Shown: in pieces, positions 60,501-64,000 of the stretch | Numbering within the stretch: position 1 is the stretch's first letter | Layout of the letters: each line of letters begins with the position of its first letter | From: an uncultured delta proteobacterium | Lineage (GTDB): Bacteria > Desulfobacterota > Binatia > JACPRU01 | Assembly: GCA_963712515.1 (NCBI GenBank) | Contig: CAVQIG010000018.1 | Span: forward strand, 17,401 to 81,400 | Direction: 5' to 3' | Length of the DNA stretch: 64,000 nt | Made by a program: the position numbers and the translations under genes | The notes under the pieces: model-generated | Told to the model about the DNA's origin: nothing | The model's input: only the letters and a program-made list of their open reading frames with translations | Databases searched by the model: none

Positions 60501-61283
60501 TCAGCGCGCGGAGACGATCGCAGCGAAAAAGCTTTCGATCGCGGTGATCACGGCGTTCGCCTCGACATCCTCGGTCACGATGTGACCGCTCATCGGAAAG
60601 CGGATCCGAGATTTGACCGGCGAGCCGAGGGCCGACTCGGTCGCTGCCCCCGCCGTCTGCGCGACCGTGTCGTCGCGGCCACCTTCGATGATGAGGGTCG
60701 GCGTGGTGATTTCAGGAAGCTCGCTTCGCACCCGCCGTTGCAGTGCGATCATCGAAGCGAGCGAGCGCAGCGGGATCTCGTCGTAGGCGGGAGTCTTTCG
60801 ACCGATCCCCGGCAGCTTCGAGCTCCGTTTCGGGACGATGACGTACCGCCTGGGCAGCGGCGGCAGCCAGCGCACCCAGCGCGCAATCTCCGCGCTGCGC
60901 TGGCTGACGAGCTCGATCGCCGGGGCGAGGGCCGCCAAGGCAGAGACCTCGTCCCGTCGCGCGTGGGCGAGATGAAGCGCGAGCAGCGCGCCCATCGACA
61001 GCCCGGCGACGACGCGAGCCACCGTCTTCGTGCCGAGCTCTTGCCAGCTCGCGAGCGCGGTCGCGTACCAATCCTCCCAGGTCGTCGGCGCGAGATCCTC
61101 GACGCGTGTGCCGTGGCCCGGCAGGAGCGGCGCGCGTACCGTGTAGCCGCGCTCGGCCAGCCGCTCGCCGAGCGGGCGCATCTCGCAAGGCGTGCCGGTA
61201 AAGCCGTGAAGCAGGAGACAACCGACCGTGCCTCCCTCGAAGGCGAATGCGCGGACACGCTCGTCGCCGGAGAGGTCGATCAT
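60501..61283 (-). CDS. Carboxylesterase/monoacylglycerol lipase-like alpha/beta hydrolase
   Basis: LLHGFTG, LPGHG, GLSMG, DDTV, SGH. Confidence 0.92.
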   Translation of the reverse strand: MIDLSGDERVRAFAFEGGTVGCLLLHGFTGTPCEMRPLGERLAERGYTVRAPLLPGHGTRVEDLAPTTWEDWYATALASWQELGTKTVARVVAGLSMGALLALHLAHARRDEVSALAALAPAIELVSQRSAEIARWVRWLPPLPRRYVIVPKRSSKLPGIGRKTPAYDEIPLRSLASMIALQRRVRSELPEITTPTLIIEGGRDDTVAQTAGAATESALGSPVKSRIRFPMSGHIVTEDVEANAVITAIESFFAAIVSAR

Positions 61284-61363
61284 GGAAGAACGGCTAGAAG
61301 CGAGCCGCTACCGGCAAAGAGCCCACGAATCCTTTCCCGAAGCACGAAGACACGTCGCCCTCG

Positions 61364-63274
61364 TCAGGCCGCTGCCATCGCCGCCGAATTGATCTGAATC
61401 TTGGCGCGCTGCTTGAGCTGGTTCAGCAGGGCTTCTACGGCAGCCTGACGCTGGCCATCGATGTGCCGCTTCACGATTTCCGCCTTCTTCTTCTCGAATT
61501 CTCCCATGTCGGCGGGCTCGTGCTCCTTCAAGGCGACGACGTAGGCGTCTGCGCCGATCACATATGCTTGCGCACTGACCGGGTTCTCTTTCGTGAGCGT
61601 GAATGCTTCTTTCTTCAAATCGGGCGCCGAGCCGATCCTCGGCACGTATTCGCCCATCCGCGTGAAGGAGCCGGTCTCCTCGACGGTGAGCTTCTCGGCA
61701 GCCGCGACCTCGCCGAGCGCCTTCTTCTCCGACATCGTCTTGCGCAGCGCTTCGGCGCGCTCGCGCGCCTTGGCCGTCGCCTGCTCGTCACGGATCGCGC
61801 CCGCGACCTTTTCGTGGATATCCTTGAGCTCGGGTAGGTGGGCCGGGACCTTTTCGCGGACGCGGAAGAGGAGCAGTGAATCGTCGAGCTGCACGACTGG
61901 GCCGACCTGCCCCGGAGACGTCGCGAAGGCCGATTTGGCGAGCTCGGCGGCGCGCGAGAAGCCCGTGATCTCTTCGTTCTGCGCAAACGGCGGCGGGCTT
62001 GCGACCTCGAGCCCTCGGCCTTTGGCGATCTCTACGATCGACGTGCCGCGGTTGGCCTTCTCCGAGTCTTCGAACGCGGCGTCGCGCGCGGTCATGAGCG
62101 CGCGTTCCGCGCGCAGGCTCTTGACGATCTCCTCCCGTACTTCGGAGAGCGGCTTTTCGCGCGCGGCCTTGCGCTCGTCGACCTTGATGATGTGCAGCCC
62201 GCGGCGGGTCTCGACCACGTCGGAGAGCCCGCCCGGTTGAAGCGCGAATGCCGCGGTCTCGAACGCCTCTTCGGTGTGGCCGCGACGGACGAAGCCGAGG
62301 TCGCCGCCCTTGTCCTTGTTCGACTGGTCCTCGGAAAGCTCCTTGGCCACGGCAGCGAAGTCCTCGCCTTTCTTGAGCCGCTCGAGCACGGTGGCGGCAT
62401 GCGTGCGGATCTCCCCGCGCTTCTTCTCGTCGGCATCGGCCGGTACCGTGAAGAGGATGTGCCTGACGTGAACCTCCTCGGGCTCGCCGTAGCGATCCGC
62501 TCGGTGGGCGTCGTACTCCTGCTCGACATCGGCGTCGCTCACGGATGTGCTCTTCTCGAAGTCGCTCGCGGAATATCGGACGGCGTCGATCGCCACGCGG
62601 TCCGGCTCGCGGAACGCCTCACGATGCTCTTCATAGTACTTCGCGACGTCGGCATCGCTCGGCGTGATCTCCTTGGCGAGGTCCGAGCCCTTCACCCGGA
62701 CGAACGCCAGGTTGACCTTCTCGTTCTCGAACGCGTAGACGTCCCGCGCGCCCGCTTCGTCCGCTCGGATGGAGCTCGCCACCAGCTCTTGGACCTTCTG
62801 CACGAGCAAGCGGTCGCGCTGCTCGGACTCGAAATCCGTAGGAGTGACGCCCTCCATGCGCAGATAGCGAAAATAGACGTCGCGTTGAAAGCGGCCGTCG
62901 ACGGTGAGCCCCTGCATGCTCTCGATTGCGGCGCGCACTTCCTCGTCGGTGACGGAAAAGCCGAGGCGTTGCGCCTCCTGCTTGAGCAGAGCGGTGTTGA
63001 TCATTTGCTCCAGCGCGCGATTCTTGAAGTCCAGATTCTTGACCAGCTCGGGCGTGAGGTTCTCCCCGTAGAGCTGGCGGTAGAAGCGCTCGAGCCGCTG
63101 GGCGGCGCGGCGCACTTCCTTCGGCGGGATCGTCTCGCCATTGACCGACGCGACGTAGAGCGAGTCGCTGCCCGTGAAGGTGCCGACCCCCCACAGCACG
63201 AAGACGGCGATGATGATCCAGAACAGAATCTTGATCGTCGTCCCCTGAGCATGACGACGCATGTAGTTGAGCAT
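61364..63274 (-). CDS. ppiD: PpiD-like periplasmic chaperone/PPIase
   Basis: N-terminal TM helix, SurA_N domain, HILF..SED..KGGDLG rotamase. Confidence 0.88.
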   Translation of the reverse strand: MLNYMRRHAQGTTIKILFWIIIAVFVLWGVGTFTGSDSLYVASVNGETIPPKEVRRAAQRLERFYRQLYGENLTPELVKNLDFKNRALEQMINTALLKQEAQRLGFSVTDEEVRAAIESMQGLTVDGRFQRDVYFRYLRMEGVTPTDFESEQRDRLLVQKVQELVASSIRADEAGARDVYAFENEKVNLAFVRVKGSDLAKEITPSDADVAKYYEEHREAFREPDRVAIDAVRYSASDFEKSTSVSDADVEQEYDAHRADRYGEPEEVHVRHILFTVPADADEKKRGEIRTHAATVLERLKKGEDFAAVAKELSEDQSNKDKGGDLGFVRRGHTEEAFETAAFALQPGGLSDVVETRRGLHIIKVDERKAAREKPLSEVREEIVKSLRAERALMTARDAAFEDSEKANRGTSIVEIAKGRGLEVASPPPFAQNEEITGFSRAAELAKSAFATSPGQVGPVVQLDDSLLLFRVREKVPAHLPELKDIHEKVAGAIRDEQATAKARERAEALRKTMSEKKALGEVAAAEKLTVEETGSFTRMGEYVPRIGSAPDLKKEAFTLTKENPVSAQAYVIGADAYVVALKEHEPADMGEFEKKKAEIVKRHIDGQRQAAVEALLNQLKQRAKIQINSAAMAAA

Positions 63275-63298
63275 GTGGCGGCTCCCCCGGAACGAAAC

Positions 63299-63361
63299 GG
63301 CTACCGGCTTCCGCCTACCGAGGGTGGAACGAGCCCCTGCGATAGCCGGTAGTCGGTAGCC
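63299..63361. repeat. GGCTACC-type heptamer palindrome upstream of ppiD
   Basis: GGCTACC GGCTTCC GCCTACC ... GATAGCC GGTAGTC GGTAGCC. Confidence 0.75.
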
Positions 63362-63416
63362 GCTGAGCCCGTTGAAGCTATTGAAGCGCCGTGGGAAAAG
63401 CAAATTCTCAAGGTCG

Positions 63417-63693
63417 ATGCGCGATCTCGTCGAGATTTTCGTCCGTCTCCACCCGGAAGACATTGCTTACCTGAAGTTCATCTTCGAATCGTACGAAACG
63501 GTCGGCTTCTTGCGCACGATCGATCCCAAAGCCGCCGACACTCGTCGTCTTCCTCGTGCCCGATTTCGCGGAAGTGGGTCGTCGAATCCTCGATTCGGTT
63601 TCCCGCGACATCGAGATCGAGCGAGTCGACCGTCCGGCCGATCTCGGGGATGACTGGCTCGTAGGCGCCGTCGCCCGTGAAATGGGCGACTAG
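63417..63693 (+). pseudogene. DUF4911-like protein with a +1 frameshift near 63536
   Basis: DIAYLKFIFESYE...RTIDP continues in another frame as TLVVFLVPDF...AREMGD*. Confidence 0.7.
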
Positions 63694-63739
63694 CCGCGGC
63701 GACGCGTTTCAGATCACGGACGAGATCTCGTCATCGAGG

Positions 63740-64000
63740 CTAGCTCGGTAGGCATGCGTCGACCGGAGATGGGATCGCGACCAACGGGAGCGAGCCGTGA
63801 CTCGAGGCTTCTGAGTCCGGAGGCTCGTCGGCGGGCGAGCGAGTTGCTCCTCGAGCAGGCCGGCCGAACGCGTAGGCCACGCCGATGCTCGCCGACGTAG
63901 AGCACGAGCAGCGGAGTGGCCATCAGCATCTGCGAGGCGACGTCGGGCCCCGGGGTGAACACGGCGGCGACGATGAAGATGCCGACCATGGAATAGCGCC
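63740..64000 (-). CDS. tatC: 3' end of TatC, partial, with an apparent frameshift near 63892
   Basis: AAVFTPGPDVASQMLMATPLLVLY; SIGVAYAFG resumes in another frame. Confidence 0.85.
63750..63801 (-). repeat. ~55-bp dispersed repeat, copy 2
   Basis: Homologous to 47528-47583. Confidence 0.7.

Noticed and set aside
57755-60547. 930-aa plus-strand ORF, and similar long ORFs such as 31755-33581, 49939-51828 and 22753-24324
   Set aside because: Antisense or off-frame shadows of recognisable genes, expected in high-GC DNA; no motifs

Overview
High-GC bacterial chromosomal window from a diderm (SurA, PpiD, a BamE-like lipoprotein, TatC and Ccm system I are present). Gene content and order suggest a deltaproteobacterial-type lineage, possibly Binatia; this is inference only. 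About 70 genes are supported. The left part carries a ~12 kb cell-surface modification region: a complete dltD-dltX-dltA-dltB-dltC operon (dltX is a 57-aa ORF missing from the ORF track) behind a sigma-54-type promoter, a GT-C/ArnT-like transferase, three further glycosyltransferases and an AlkP-superfamily enzyme. The rest is mostly housekeeping: hemF, ilvD, pepP, ccmEFH, a thiolase/DUF35/MaoC operon, mfd-surA-pdxA-uvrA, iscS-iscA, korAB, pepA, fdxA, a cold-shock gene, ppiD and tatC. Intergenic and gene-terminal DNA holds at least five unrelated families of palindromic MITE/REP-like elements, some lying in frame at the ends of core genes (surA, pdxA, tatC). There is also an IS1-like remnant and several single-base frameshifts that may be sequencing errors. 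No rRNA, tRNA or CRISPR array was recognised.
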